A stretch of DNA of 64,000 bases from positions 2,240,001 through 2,304,000 of the forward strand of contig OZ240245.1 of assembly GCA_965198175.1 (NCBI GenBank), given 5' to 3'. Both the position numbers and the translations under genes were made by a program. Each line of letters opens with the position of its first letter. Positions within the stretch are counted from its first letter, which is position 1. Shown one piece after another: positions 20,005 to 30,192 of this stretch. The DNA comes from Candidatus Poribacteria bacterium (GTDB lineage: Bacteria; Poribacteria; WGA-4E; PCPOR2b). The notes under the pieces were generated by a model, which saw only the letters and a list, made by a program, of their open reading frames with translations, was not told the DNA's origin and ran no database searches.

Positions 20005-22437
20005 GTGTCAAGTTTTGAGAGAGACAAACAGTATTGGGACAGCCACTTTGAGACCATGTTTGGCGAGGAATTTGTTCCCTTCACATTTCAACGCAAGGTA
20101 GCGCAATATCTTTTAAGTGGGCGAAATGTAATTTTGCAAGCGCCAACCGGGGCGGGCAAGACCAAAGCCGCGTTGTTTCCGTATTTACTGGCTCAACAGG
20201 AAAACATACCATTTCCCCGGAAATTGCTTTACACCACGCCAATGCGAGTCTTGGCAAAGAACTTTCACACCGATTTTAAAGAATCACCGATAGGGCAACA
20301 GACGAATCTCAAAGCGGAAATCCAGACGGGCGATAATCAAGATGACCGTCAGTTTCGTAGCGACCTGATTTTCACGACTATCGATCAGGTGTTGAGTAGT
20401 TTTCTTAACATCCCGTACGCGCTGGGATTACGTCAAGGTAACGTCAACGCTGGTGCAGTCGTGGGCGCGTATTTGGTCTTTGATGAATTCCACTTATTCG
20501 ACCCTGATACCTCGTTGGGAACCGTGATTGAAATGTTAAAAATGCTCAACGGTATCACTCCGTTTTTACTGATGACTGCCACTTTTTCAGAGGTGCTTCT
20601 TGAGCGATTGAGCGAATACTTTAACGCGGAAATCGTGCCAGTGAAAGAGGCTGAACTTAAACATATTCCTTCTCAGCAAGGAAAACGCCGTGAGTATCGG
20701 GTTAGCGAGGCAACGCTTTCGGAGAACGTAGACACGATTATTGCGCAACATCAACAACGCAGTATCGTCATCAGCAATACGGTGAAACGGGCTCAGGATA
20801 TGTATCAATCACTGCAGAGCAGTGCGCAACGAGGTACTGATACAGAAGTATTACTTTTACACTCCCGTTTCCTGAAGGAACACCGAAAAGCCAAAGAGGA
20901 TTTGATACGCTGCCGTTTCAAACGAGACGCGGAACCTGACAATGTGATTTTGGTTGCCACCCAGGTGATTGAAGTTGGGCTAGACATTAGCTGTGAGAAT
21001 CTGCACACAGAACTCGCGCCAGCAAGCGCAATTTTACAGCGCGCGGGGCGGTGTGCTCGGTTTGAAAACGAATCTGGAACAGTGACAATCTATCCTGTTC
21101 CACCTACGACCAACGGTTCACCAAATTATGCCCCTTACGACAAAGAAACCTGTCAAGCCACAATGGCGGCATTTCAACACCGAAACGGAGTTGTGCTAGG
21201 CTTTGTAGCCGAGCAAGAGGTTATCAACGAAGTCCACCGCGAAAGCGATGAAAAGATATTGGCAGGCATTGAGTCTCGCCCAATACGCAGACGTATATCA
21301 GAAGCGATTTCTGGACAGGAATTAGGTCTTGCTCGTGAATTAATTCGCAGGAATGATTCACGAACATTGCTCGTGCATAATGATCCCGAAGAAGCGCTTC
21401 CTAAGCCTTTTCGGGTTGAAGGTTTCAGCCTTTATCGCGGTACACTATTTGGGGCGTGGGATGAACTTCAACGAGTGGCACAAGAGCAGGGGCTAAGTTG
21501 GTCTCTGAAGTATCCTAAAGAAGTGGAGGACAACTCGCCAAACAGCCGTACTGCCATTGCCTATGAGTGGCGTGAGATAAAAGAAAAAAAGGACTTAAGC
21601 GTTTCTCCACTGTTTGTAGTGCATCCCAAGCTAGTTTCATACAATGCCAAGTTAGGGTTTCGTCTTGAGGCAGTGGAAACACCTTGCCCATTAAGCGTAC
21701 CTGACGATGAAACCATGCCAGAAGGTGAACGCGGCAAAGGCTATTATCGTGAGACATACACCGAACACATCCAACACCTACTAAATGCATATCATTGTGG
21801 GTTAGCGGCTGAACTGAGTTACGCTGCCTCACGACTGGAGGGAAAACTGAATGTACGGCCAGGCGCAATCAATGAGGCAATCCAACTCTGCATCGCCCTA
21901 CACGATATCGGAAAGCTGACGATTGGTTGGCAAGAATGGGCGCACAAATGGCAACAAGCTATCGGTTGTCCCTTGGAAGAAAACTACATGGCAGCCCATA
22001 CCGATTACGACCGTGACAATCCTGCAATACGTGAAATCGAAAGAAGATTCTCTATTAAACGCCCAGGACATGCCGTTGAAAGTGTTTGGGCAATCGCGCC
22101 ACTTTTCGTCAAGGTATTCGGTAGAGAACAGAGAGATTTGGCTGAAGCCTGTTTTTCTGCTATAGCACGACACCATTCACCGCGCGCTAAGAACTGTTCA
22201 CCCTACATCTTGCACCCTTATGCACCATCTGAGATTCAAGAGGTTTTACAAGGAATTGGAGGCTTAGGACACATGGCTCAAATGCACTTAGAATCCCTCT
22301 GCAAAGAAGCAACACCTATAAAGCCCTTTTCCGCCTTTGTTCAGCCAGATTGCACTCTTGCACTACTAACCTATTTTCTGATCGTGCGTGCTTTACGACT
22401 TGCTGACCAAGAAGCAACCTCACAAGTCAGCAGATAA
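20005..22437 (+). CDS. cas3: Cas3 helicase-nuclease with N-terminal SF2 helicase and C-terminal HD domain
   Basis: APTGAGKT, DEFH, MTAT, LLHSRF, ATQVIEVGLDIS, QRAGRCAR; C-terminal EHI, LHDIGK, GHAVES, RHH, LRLADQ. Confidence 0.95.
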   Translation: MSSFERDKQYWDSHFETMFGEEFVPFTFQRKVAQYLLSGRNVILQAPTGAGKTKAALFPYLLAQQENIPFPRKLLYTTPMRVLAKNFHTDFKESPIGQQTNLKAEIQTGDNQDDRQFRSDLIFTTIDQVLSSFLNIPYALGLRQGNVNAGAVVGAYLVFDEFHLFDPDTSLGTVIEMLKMLNGITPFLLMTATFSEVLLERLSEYFNAEIVPVKEAELKHIPSQQGKRREYRVSEATLSENVDTIIAQHQQRSIVISNTVKRAQDMYQSLQSSAQRGTDTEVLLLHSRFLKEHRKAKEDLIRCRFKRDAEPDNVILVATQVIEVGLDISCENLHTELAPASAILQRAGRCARFENESGTVTIYPVPPTTNGSPNYAPYDKETCQATMAAFQHRNGVVLGFVAEQEVINEVHRESDEKILAGIESRPIRRRISEAISGQELGLARELIRRNDSRTLLVHNDPEEALPKPFRVEGFSLYRGTLFGAWDELQRVAQEQGLSWSLKYPKEVEDNSPNSRTAIAYEWREIKEKKDLSVSPLFVVHPKLVSYNAKLGFRLEAVETPCPLSVPDDETMPEGERGKGYYRETYTEHIQHLLNAYHCGLAAELSYAASRLEGKLNVRPGAINEAIQLCIALHDIGKLTIGWQEWAHKWQQAIGCPLEENYMAAHTDYDRDNPAIREIERRFSIKRPGHAVESVWAIAPLFVKVFGREQRDLAEACFSAIARHHSPRAKNCSPYILHPYAPSEIQEVLQGIGGLGHMAQMHLESLCKEATPIKPFSAFVQPDCTLALLTYFLIVRALRLADQEATSQVSR

Positions 22438-22450
22438 GGAGTGATAACTG

Positions 22451-24238
22451 ATGTACCAACAGACTTATTTCGTTGATAAGCAGACAGGCACATTTGCCGA
22501 TGTCTGTTCAGCTTACGGATTAGCAACTATCTTAGACGGATTTTTACGACGTGTCCTCGGCGAACACGGTTCACGCACTGTCAGAATTTTGGACAGGGGG
22601 ACGACCTTCGCGATTGAACTCTCTCCCGCGTTGCAAGAAGAATGGGTTGAGAACTCAAGTTTTTTTGCACCCATCCGCTTTATTAAGACAGCAAAGAATA
22701 GTGGAACAATGCCAGAAGATATTGACAATGTTGATTATGACGGAGAGAAAAGGATTTATGATGAATATAGAGAAGCCCGCCGAATCCTGGGGCAAACGAT
22801 GAATCGCGGCGGAAGCGAGGGCGATGCCGCTTTACCTGACAAACCAAAACCCGACTATCCGGTTTGGCAGAAAATCAACATGATGTCAGGGATCAGTTCT
22901 TACAATGCTGCTGTGGGCAACTGGTTTGAAACTCGTGGGCAATTCGCAGAACTTCTCCATCTTCTACTTGCACTTCACGCCACCACACCTAATCCGGTTT
23001 CAACCTGCGAACAAGAATGGAAAAAACTCAAAAAGGCGGGAAAGCTTTCCGGCAAAGACCGCTTGAATATGCTGCAGATATTCAACCCAAACACCGGAAA
23101 AGGCCAAAACGCCACAAAAGCAAACAGTTTGTCAATGGGTAACGTAAGCAACTTTTGGTTGTGCGAATACATAAAGATGGTGGGTTTCTATCGCTGTGCT
23201 TTACCGCGATTCGTGTTGGTGAAACCTGGCCGGCCACCGACGGACCGAAAAACCTTCGCATTAGCGCCTATCAACATGACACTTGCGGCGCACGACGACA
23301 TTTTCAATAGCTTCCGTGACACAGTGAGCAGCAATTACGCAATAAAGTCTGACATCTTTGCGGCGCTCAACTACACACAATGCTTTCTGAAATACTCCGA
23401 TGAAGCTCAGGAATCTGACGATTTATGGGGTGACGATCCCCACGACTTTGTCGCAGGGATGCACACCGCCTTTTATAAAGATCTCGGCAACTCGTCCGCC
23501 GTGATGAACCTTTCCTTTATCAATCTACCACGCTGGATGAACGTTCAAGATATAGATGATGTGCAGATATACCGCGAGATGATAGCGGAACACCTGCAAA
23601 TCATAGGAAGTTTAGAAGAGGAACGGAGTGAAGGCTTTCAACTGCTCCAACACTATCTGGACTTCCTATCCGGTCACGATTTCACGGCGTTCTTTGAGTT
23701 CACAGCGAAATACCCAAACTACCTGCTCAATGGCTTAGCGAAGGAACATTTCTGGGTTAAGCCGTTGAGCGCAACTAATCTGAGGAGGTTACTCATGAGA
23801 AACGAAAAAAAACTCACGCCAATTATCAAAAGCGACGGTTTTCAAAATATCGCTAGAGCCATCCGCCAAAGCACGGTGACGCTACAGTATATGGCGAGAA
23901 GCGGAAATCCCCCGTATGACGTTCGATATGGACTCGGACAAGAATTGCGACGCAAGGCGAACTATCCGGACGAGTTCATTCAGGAATTAGGTGATTTTCT
24001 ACACTCTTTCAACGCGGAAAATGCCCGCGTAGCGGAAGTTTCATCCGAAAGGGACCGGCGGTTCCGGCGAAAAAGCGTCCGTGTAGATGACATCACCGAA
24101 ATCGTTCAATTGATTGATGAACACGGGGCCCAAACCGTCTGTCATTTGCTGCTAGCTTTCGGATACGCTTCTACCAGCCACGATGAGACGCCGACAGACG
24201 ATGCCACCTCCCACACCCAACAAGGAGAAGGAAAATGA
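22451..24238 (+). CDS. cas8: Type I large subunit (Cas8a-like, probably with C-terminal Cas11-like helical region)
   Basis: Position between cas3 and cas7, size 595 aa, QIFNPNTGKGQN motif, helical C-terminus. Confidence 0.75.
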   Translation: MYQQTYFVDKQTGTFADVCSAYGLATILDGFLRRVLGEHGSRTVRILDRGTTFAIELSPALQEEWVENSSFFAPIRFIKTAKNSGTMPEDIDNVDYDGEKRIYDEYREARRILGQTMNRGGSEGDAALPDKPKPDYPVWQKINMMSGISSYNAAVGNWFETRGQFAELLHLLLALHATTPNPVSTCEQEWKKLKKAGKLSGKDRLNMLQIFNPNTGKGQNATKANSLSMGNVSNFWLCEYIKMVGFYRCALPRFVLVKPGRPPTDRKTFALAPINMTLAAHDDIFNSFRDTVSSNYAIKSDIFAALNYTQCFLKYSDEAQESDDLWGDDPHDFVAGMHTAFYKDLGNSSAVMNLSFINLPRWMNVQDIDDVQIYREMIAEHLQIIGSLEEERSEGFQLLQHYLDFLSGHDFTAFFEFTAKYPNYLLNGLAKEHFWVKPLSATNLRRLLMRNEKKLTPIIKSDGFQNIARAIRQSTVTLQYMARSGNPPYDVRYGLGQELRRKANYPDEFIQELGDFLHSFNAENARVAEVSSERDRRFRRKSVRVDDITEIVQLIDEHGAQTVCHLLLAFGYASTSHDETPTDDATSHTQQGEGK

Positions 24239-25233
24239 GCGATAACAAAGCGGTTTATTCCCTCACCATCTGTGGTCAAGCCACAATTGATATGCACTCC
24301 CTCAACAACGAAGGAAGCGAGGGAAACCAGATTGCAACCCGAATGGTCAACGTCTACGATGAGGCGGGAAAACTCGCTGCCGTGAACGCAATTTCAGGCG
24401 ATATGTTCAAACACATTCAAGCCGAACATCTGTTTCATCTGAGCAGAAATAGCGGACTGAAGCTATGTTCTGGGTGCCAAAGATTCAGTGCAAACCGTAT
24501 CCTTGATGACGAGACTTTTGTCGGCAGCTTCGAAAAAAACACCCCCGACGGGAAGATAGTTGCAAAGATGGTGCAAATGTGTGCCATTGATGACGTTGAA
24601 GGCATTCTTGTTACAGCTAAGAACAAATCCACGCCGCGCAAGTCGATTGTGGAGTTTGGTTGGGTCGTCGGCATACCCGAGTTTAACACGACAGATAACT
24701 ACTTCCATGTCAAGTATGTGTCGGATAGTGGAGCACAAAACGCAGATGACGGCGACAGCGCTGATGGCGGTGGAGCTAATCTTGGACAGAACATCTTCCA
24801 TCGTCCCGCGAATTCGGGGATTTACGCAGTTGTCGCAGGGGTTGAGGTTTCGCGGCTCGGTTTCAACGATATAAGTCAGGACTACGCCATTGACGACGAA
24901 GAGCGTAGCAAACGATACAAAGCGTTGATTGAAAGCCTACTTTGTACTTTCGTCGAGCCGAATGGCGCGATGCGAAGTGCTCAGAATCCCCATCTCGTCA
25001 ACTTTGAAGGGGTTGTCAGTCTAAGCACTAAGATTTTGCCCGCGCCAACAATCAGCCCGCTCAACGCCAAATATAAGGACGAAATCAAACGGATCGCATC
25101 TGCGCTGAATCAAATTGAAGCAGATGCAGTCGAACTACGCGAGTTTGAATCACTGGGCGGTTACGCCGAGGTGATGGCAAACCTTGCCAATACAACTGTA
25201 CCTTTCAAGATAAACTACAACGGAGGGAACTAA
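24235..25233 (+). CDS. cas7: Cas7, DevR/Csa2 family
   Basis: HSLNNEGSEGN, AISGDMFKHIQ, RKSIVEFGW, IFHRPANSGIY. Confidence 0.88.
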   Translation: MSDNKAVYSLTICGQATIDMHSLNNEGSEGNQIATRMVNVYDEAGKLAAVNAISGDMFKHIQAEHLFHLSRNSGLKLCSGCQRFSANRILDDETFVGSFEKNTPDGKIVAKMVQMCAIDDVEGILVTAKNKSTPRKSIVEFGWVVGIPEFNTTDNYFHVKYVSDSGAQNADDGDSADGGGANLGQNIFHRPANSGIYAVVAGVEVSRLGFNDISQDYAIDDEERSKRYKALIESLLCTFVEPNGAMRSAQNPHLVNFEGVVSLSTKILPAPTISPLNAKYKDEIKRIASALNQIEADAVELREFESLGGYAEVMANLANTTVPFKINYNGGN

Positions 25234-25234
25234 A

Positions 25235-25954
25235 ATGTGGGTGTCAGCTACCTATCAACCCACCACGTTCTTTTCGCTCAAGCCAAGTAATGCTACATCG
25301 TCAGGCGGAAAGACGTTGTTGACACCAACGCCTTACGCGATAAAGATGGGGCTGTTAGATGTCGCCATACGCGTAGATGGGATCAGCTACGGGGAGCAAG
25401 CATGGGAGTGGATACGCGTCATGTCGTTAGCGGTGCATTTACCCGAACGTGCGCTCGTCAACAACGTGTTTACTCGTATTCTCAAGCCACCCCATAATCG
25501 AAAAAAAGTGGGGTTCGACAGAACCATCGGCTACCGCGAGTATGTCCATTTCGTTGGCGCCATGAAATTAGCTTTTGAAATTCACGGTGATTCGTCAGCG
25601 GATTCACAGGAACAACGGTTGAACAAGCTTCTGCCTCACATCACATACTTAGGGAAACGTGGTGGGTTCGTTCAATTAATTCCCCCGGTACAGTCGCTTG
25701 AGACACTACCCTCTGAGTTTACGCTTCTGCGTGAACAAGCAGATACATGGCATATCCAAAGTCAGTTACAGCACTTGGACGATTGCGATCATGAGATGAC
25801 TTTCGAGCAAGCCGACATTTACAGTGGGAAGAATATTCATGTTGGCAAGGAACGGCGCACCTTCCTTGCCATGCTTCCCTACCGGTTGCGTAAATCGAGT
25901 CGCAGTTTTAGCGATTACGAGCGTTTGGCTACTCCGTCTACTAGTGAGAATTAA
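25235..25954 (+). CDS. cas5: Cas5 (type I-A-like)
   Basis: FFSLK..A....KTLLTPTPYAIKMGL, IGYREYV, YLGKRGGF. Confidence 0.85.
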   Translation: MWVSATYQPTTFFSLKPSNATSSGGKTLLTPTPYAIKMGLLDVAIRVDGISYGEQAWEWIRVMSLAVHLPERALVNNVFTRILKPPHNRKKVGFDRTIGYREYVHFVGAMKLAFEIHGDSSADSQEQRLNKLLPHITYLGKRGGFVQLIPPVQSLETLPSEFTLLREQADTWHIQSQLQHLDDCDHEMTFEQADIYSGKNIHVGKERRTFLAMLPYRLRKSSRSFSDYERLATPSTSEN

Positions 25955-26122
25955 GCTAGTCTTAAGTTCTACCAATTCGGTCTACAAATCTATCACGGTG
26001 TCCGATACCGCCTACAAGCGCGAAAGTGGCATTGCCTCCAAATCGCAAAATATGAGTAACCTAAAGGCTCTTGAGGGGTTTCTAGGCACACAATCCGATT
26101 TCAACACCCCATGGAGGTTCAC

Positions 26123-27718
26123 ATGAAAACTATCCTTGTCATAACCGCAATTGTATTGGCTGCTGTGTTTTCTGCTATCTGCCGTGCCCATGCCGTAGCG
26201 GAAAAGGAAGCGGAAATCCTGAAACTCATGGAGCCGGGTCTGGCGAGGATGCAACCAGGTTTAATTCATTATCCCGCTGACCCTTGGTTTACGTTCGCAC
26301 GCCAACAGCACGATGATTTGACACTTGTCGCGTTGTTGAATCTGTCCAAAACGGCGTCCGATGAAAAGGTCCGATATCTGGCTCTTGGTAGCTTATCACG
26401 TCAGAAAAACGTGCGGCTTATCCCATTCTGGCAGGGAATCTTAGAAAACCGTGATGACGTAGATGATTGTCCGTCCGCATATGCTTATGCTATCTCCGGG
26501 CTTTCAACGATAAACACTCCGCAATCGACCCGTGTGTTGCTGACGCTCCTATCCGACCCGGAAACACCTCCCACGATATTATGCCTCATCTGCGGCGTAC
26601 ACCGCAGGTCTCAGGAAATTGAGGTGTCAGAAGAAATCTGGGAGCAGATTTTCTTGTTAACTACCCATGAATCTCCGAAGGTAAGGCTTACTGCGCTTAA
26701 AGCGTTACCATATTACCTCGAAACGTCATTCTTCACAAAAGCATTGCGGGATCAACTTCTCCATCGCGCACTTACCGATACAAACCTTGACATTGTCCGT
26801 TGGGGGCTGCGTTCGCTTGGAATGAATGCACCGCCTGAACTCTTTTCAATTACACTCGATTACCTAAATCACAAGAATGCTTCCGTCCGTGCTCTGGCCG
26901 ATGAAGCACTAATTTATTTCCTTTTTGAGCATTTTGAGATGTGCCAAATAGCATTGGAAGAGAAACGGTGGACTTATCAAACCGCGCCGTTACTTACCTC
27001 ACGATATGCACGAATCCTTGAAACAGAGAAAGGTGAATTTGCCGAAGCGGAAAAGGCGTATCAAACCGCGCAACGCACCTATGCTTCAAACGACGCCTAC
27101 CATGTGCGCAACGATGATCCGGGCGCAACGATGCTCTATCGGCTCATTCAAGTTAAACAGAAGTGCGGTGACATTGAAGGTGCGATAACGGTATTGAACC
27201 GGATAGTCAAGGAATATTCACGGAATACCCGCATTTATGCAAACGATTTTCCAGCCCCAGGTCATAATATTATAGGGACGGTGGGGGAGTTAGAAAGTCA
27301 ATTTCGGGTGATTTTAGAGGATGCTCCCATCCGAATTCGCGTTTCGCCGCTAAATGAGACTTACCATCCAAAGGAAGACCTAAAATTCAAAGTGTCAATT
27401 CACAATCTTTCGACTGAGAAAGTGATGCTGCATTGTAAACATCAAAAGGGAAAGGATGTATTAGTTCCCGACCGTCCCATAATTGTGATAAATGGGAATC
27501 AGTGGACCAATTTTCACGAAACTACGTTTTTGGTTGATACGGTCAAGAAGGTGGCCATTCCGCCAAACGAGTCGTATTCATTCGTTGGCACACTTGGATT
27601 TTCACGGACTGGAAATTACGTCATTGACTTCCGATTCAAACCGGTGTGCGAATTGGAAGATGGCACTCAGTGGAGTGCGCGGATTCTTTCCAATTCGGTG
27701 AAAATAAAAATGCCGTGA
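26123..27718 (+). CDS. Secreted HEAT-repeat/TPR protein with beta-sandwich C-terminus
   Basis: GGAGG RBS, signal peptide MKTILVITAIVLAAVFSAICRAHA, HEAT-like repeats (DEKVRYLALGSL, ESPKVRLTALKAL), TPR-like helices. Confidence 0.7.
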   Translation: MKTILVITAIVLAAVFSAICRAHAVAEKEAEILKLMEPGLARMQPGLIHYPADPWFTFARQQHDDLTLVALLNLSKTASDEKVRYLALGSLSRQKNVRLIPFWQGILENRDDVDDCPSAYAYAISGLSTINTPQSTRVLLTLLSDPETPPTILCLICGVHRRSQEIEVSEEIWEQIFLLTTHESPKVRLTALKALPYYLETSFFTKALRDQLLHRALTDTNLDIVRWGLRSLGMNAPPELFSITLDYLNHKNASVRALADEALIYFLFEHFEMCQIALEEKRWTYQTAPLLTSRYARILETEKGEFAEAEKAYQTAQRTYASNDAYHVRNDDPGATMLYRLIQVKQKCGDIEGAITVLNRIVKEYSRNTRIYANDFPAPGHNIIGTVGELESQFRVILEDAPIRIRVSPLNETYHPKEDLKFKVSIHNLSTEKVMLHCKHQKGKDVLVPDRPIIVINGNQWTNFHETTFLVDTVKKVAIPPNESYSFVGTLGFSRTGNYVIDFRFKPVCELEDGTQWSARILSNSVKIKMP

Positions 27719-27753
27719 TTCACGCTGTGCATATGCGCAAAATCTCAAATATT

Positions 27754-28155
27754 TTAATGGCTGTCGAGTTCATCTGCTTTCGGTGCAGATGCGATTCGTA
27801 GAACGTGACCATCTAGATCCTCGACTCTCAGCTCGTATGCCCACGGATAGTTCGTTGGCGTTTCTCGAATCGTCGCACCGCTCGCTTTGTATTCGTCATA
27901 AAATGCTTCGGCATCTTCGACGCCAATCCAGATCCAGGTTCCGGGGTGACCCCCCCAACCTTCGCTTAGCATGATGGAGAAGTCATCGCGCGATACACTT
28001 CCAAAGGCGGGTGGATCGCCCCAGTCCCAATCCTTTGTGAAGCCGAGGACGTTTACATAATAGTCAATGCTCGCAGCGAAGTTCTTGACATATAAGATGG
28101 GTATGATGCTCTCTACCTTGCTTTCTGTTTCTTTTGCTGTGGTTGTATTGGACAT
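27754..28155 (-). CDS. VOC/glyoxalase (bleomycin-resistance-like) protein
   Basis: IIPILYVKNFAASIDYY..VLGF, PWAYELRVEDLDGHVL; ORF track extends to 28188. Confidence 0.85.
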   Translation of the reverse strand: MSNTTTAKETESKVESIIPILYVKNFAASIDYYVNVLGFTKDWDWGDPPAFGSVSRDDFSIMLSEGWGGHPGTWIWIGVEDAEAFYDEYKASGATIRETPTNYPWAYELRVEDLDGHVLRIASAPKADELDSH

Positions 28156-28215
28156 CTTAAGATTATATCCTTTGTTTAGAAAACGCAAAATGTGGGTTTA
28201 ACGTCAATCCGAATC

Positions 28216-28518
28216 CTATTGATGCACTTCCATATACGCCCGCAACACGGCGTTCATGCGGGTTTGATACCCTCTGCCCTGGGACTTGAACCATTTGAGC
28301 ACGTCGCTATCGACACGCAGAGATATGGCGTGTTTAGGTTGCGGTATCACAACCTCGGCATCTTTCCAGAATGCCGCATCCGTCGGTTGGGCGTCCGGGT
28401 CGGATGCCGATCCTGCTTCAATTTCGGACTCGGTCATATTTTTGACGCGCTCCCATTCGGTTTGTGTGTCCTTCGGTAGGTTATTAAGAGAAAGCTCCGT
28501 GGAATGTGTTTCTTTCAC
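28216..28518 (-). CDS. brnA: BrnA-family antitoxin (no cognate toxin adjacent)
   Basis: DPDAQP, ISLRVDSDVLKWFKSQGRGYQTRMNAVLRAY RHH motif; GTG 28518 with AAGGAGG RBS. Confidence 0.88.
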   Translation of the reverse strand: MKETHSTELSLNNLPKDTQTEWERVKNMTESEIEAGSASDPDAQPTDAAFWKDAEVVIPQPKHAISLRVDSDVLKWFKSQGRGYQTRMNAVLRAYMEVHQ

Positions 28519-28553
28519 TGTGGTTTGTCCTCCTTGCTGAAATGATGCGGCGA

Positions 28554-28592
28554 ATACACATATAGTATACAATGTGTATATACAAATGTCAA
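28554..28592 (-). promoter_or_regulatory. Promoter with palindromic operator for brnA
   Basis: TTGACA-N17-TATACT on minus strand; ATACACAT-N10-ATGTGTAT inverted repeat bracketing the -10. Confidence 0.7.
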
Positions 28593-28711
28593 AAAATGTA
28601 CGCTAGCCCCTCGGAGCGGATTCCTATGTAATCACTAATCGTGTCGTGGCAGATGTTTTTGTACCTATGCCTTTACGTACCACGCACTTTTGTAGGTAAG
28701 GAAAAAGAAAA

Positions 28712-29821
28712 ATGAACGAACTCATAATCTCCGATTTCGGAACATACCTCGGCAAGCATTCCGAGCGCGTCAGCGTCCGATACCGAGACAAAGAGCGTGG
28801 GAAAGAAGAACACGCACTGATGGACCTCGACCAGATTGTCATCGCCTCGCGCGGTGTCAGTGTGTCTTCAGACCTGATTGAGGCGTGTACCGAACGCGGC
28901 ATCGAAATCTCGTTTCTCAGCTTCAACGGCGTACCGTATGCGAAACTCAACAGCCCATCCCTGACCGCAACTGTGATATCGCGGCGCGAACAACTCGCTG
29001 CCTACCACGATGAGCGCGGATTAGAAATCGGCAAACGGTTCGCTGGGGGTAAGCTGAAGAACCAAGTAAACCTCGTCCGCTATTTCGGTAAATACCGCAA
29101 GAAACAGGCGCCCAAAAAATACGCCGAACTGATCGAGCGGCTCACAAAGATTGAGGGACTCATTGATGAAATTCACCATGTTCAATCCTCAATCGCTGCG
29201 CCAGCAGGCGAACCGCCGATTGACGCCGCACGGACCACACTGCTTAACCTCGAAGGACGCGCCGGCGCCCTCTACTGGGAGTGCGTCCAGCGGTTGTTGC
29301 CTGCCGGACGCTTCACCACCCGAAACCATCAAGGCGCCGTCGACGATGTCAACGCGCTGCTCAACTACGGTTACGGGATACTCTACTCGCAGGTCTGGAG
29401 TGCGCTTTCACTCGCGGGGCTTGAGCCGTTTGCGGGATTCCTGCACGTCGATCGTCCCGGTAAACCCTCGTTAGTGTTGGACTTCATTGAGGAGTTCCGC
29501 CAAACTGTCGTGGACAGAGTTGTGTTTGCCATGATAAACAAACGATTCAACGTAGAGTGGGAAGAACCCGATAGCGGCGCTGCCAAAGCTGCGCACCAAA
29601 CCTCAAAATCCGATACGACAGCCGAATTTACGTCGCAACGCCGTCTAAGTCGGGACACGCGCCGTGCAATTGCCGATCGCGTGCTAGGGCGACTTCAAGA
29701 AACACAACGGTTCGAGCGGAAAGAGCAGAAACTGTGCAACATCATCCAACTCCAAGCCCGCCATCTGGCGATGTTCTTACGCCGCGAACGTGATTACCAG
29801 CCCTTCATCGCCGCATGGTAA
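28712..29821 (+). CDS. cas1: Cas1 endonuclease
   Basis: EGRAGALYW, NALLNYGYGILY, GFLHVDRPGKPSLVLDFIEEFR. Confidence 0.96.
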   Translation: MNELIISDFGTYLGKHSERVSVRYRDKERGKEEHALMDLDQIVIASRGVSVSSDLIEACTERGIEISFLSFNGVPYAKLNSPSLTATVISRREQLAAYHDERGLEIGKRFAGGKLKNQVNLVRYFGKYRKKQAPKKYAELIERLTKIEGLIDEIHHVQSSIAAPAGEPPIDAARTTLLNLEGRAGALYWECVQRLLPAGRFTTRNHQGAVDDVNALLNYGYGILYSQVWSALSLAGLEPFAGFLHVDRPGKPSLVLDFIEEFRQTVVDRVVFAMINKRFNVEWEEPDSGAAKAAHQTSKSDTTAEFTSQRRLSRDTRRAIADRVLGRLQETQRFERKEQKLCNIIQLQARHLAMFLRRERDYQPFIAAW

Positions 29822-29835
29822 CTAACCGATATTGT

Positions 29836-29866
29836 GAAACCGAGTGTTCTCCCAAGACTCGGTTTC
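29836..29866. repeat. REP-like hairpin between cas1 and cas2
   Basis: GAAACCGAGT-N11-ACTCGGTTTC. Confidence 0.6.
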
Positions 29867-29937
29867 TCCATACTATGTTCACCTACGTGTGGTAGGAGCG
29901 ATTTCCGAATCGTGACAACCCGAAATTTTCAAAAATT

Positions 29938-30192
29938 GTGATGCACACCTACGTCATCTACGACATCGTAAAAGACCGTATCCGCAAAAAGATAGCGGAC
30001 ATCTGTCTCGATTACGGCTTAAAACGCATCCAATACAGCGCGTTCCTCGGCAACATCAACACCACGCGGCGGCGCGCGTTGGAGGAAAAACTGGCAGCGC
30101 AACTCGGAAAAGCGGAAGGGAAAATCGAAGTCCTCAGCGTTTGCGCAAAAGACTTTGACAAACGAACTGTCATCGAAGAGGATGGAAAATGA
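29938..30192 (+). CDS. cas2: Cas2
   Basis: YVIYDI..DRIRKKI...C.DYGLKRIQYSAF. Confidence 0.95.
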   Translation: MMHTYVIYDIVKDRIRKKIADICLDYGLKRIQYSAFLGNINTTRRRALEEKLAAQLGKAEGKIEVLSVCAKDFDKRTVIEEDGK

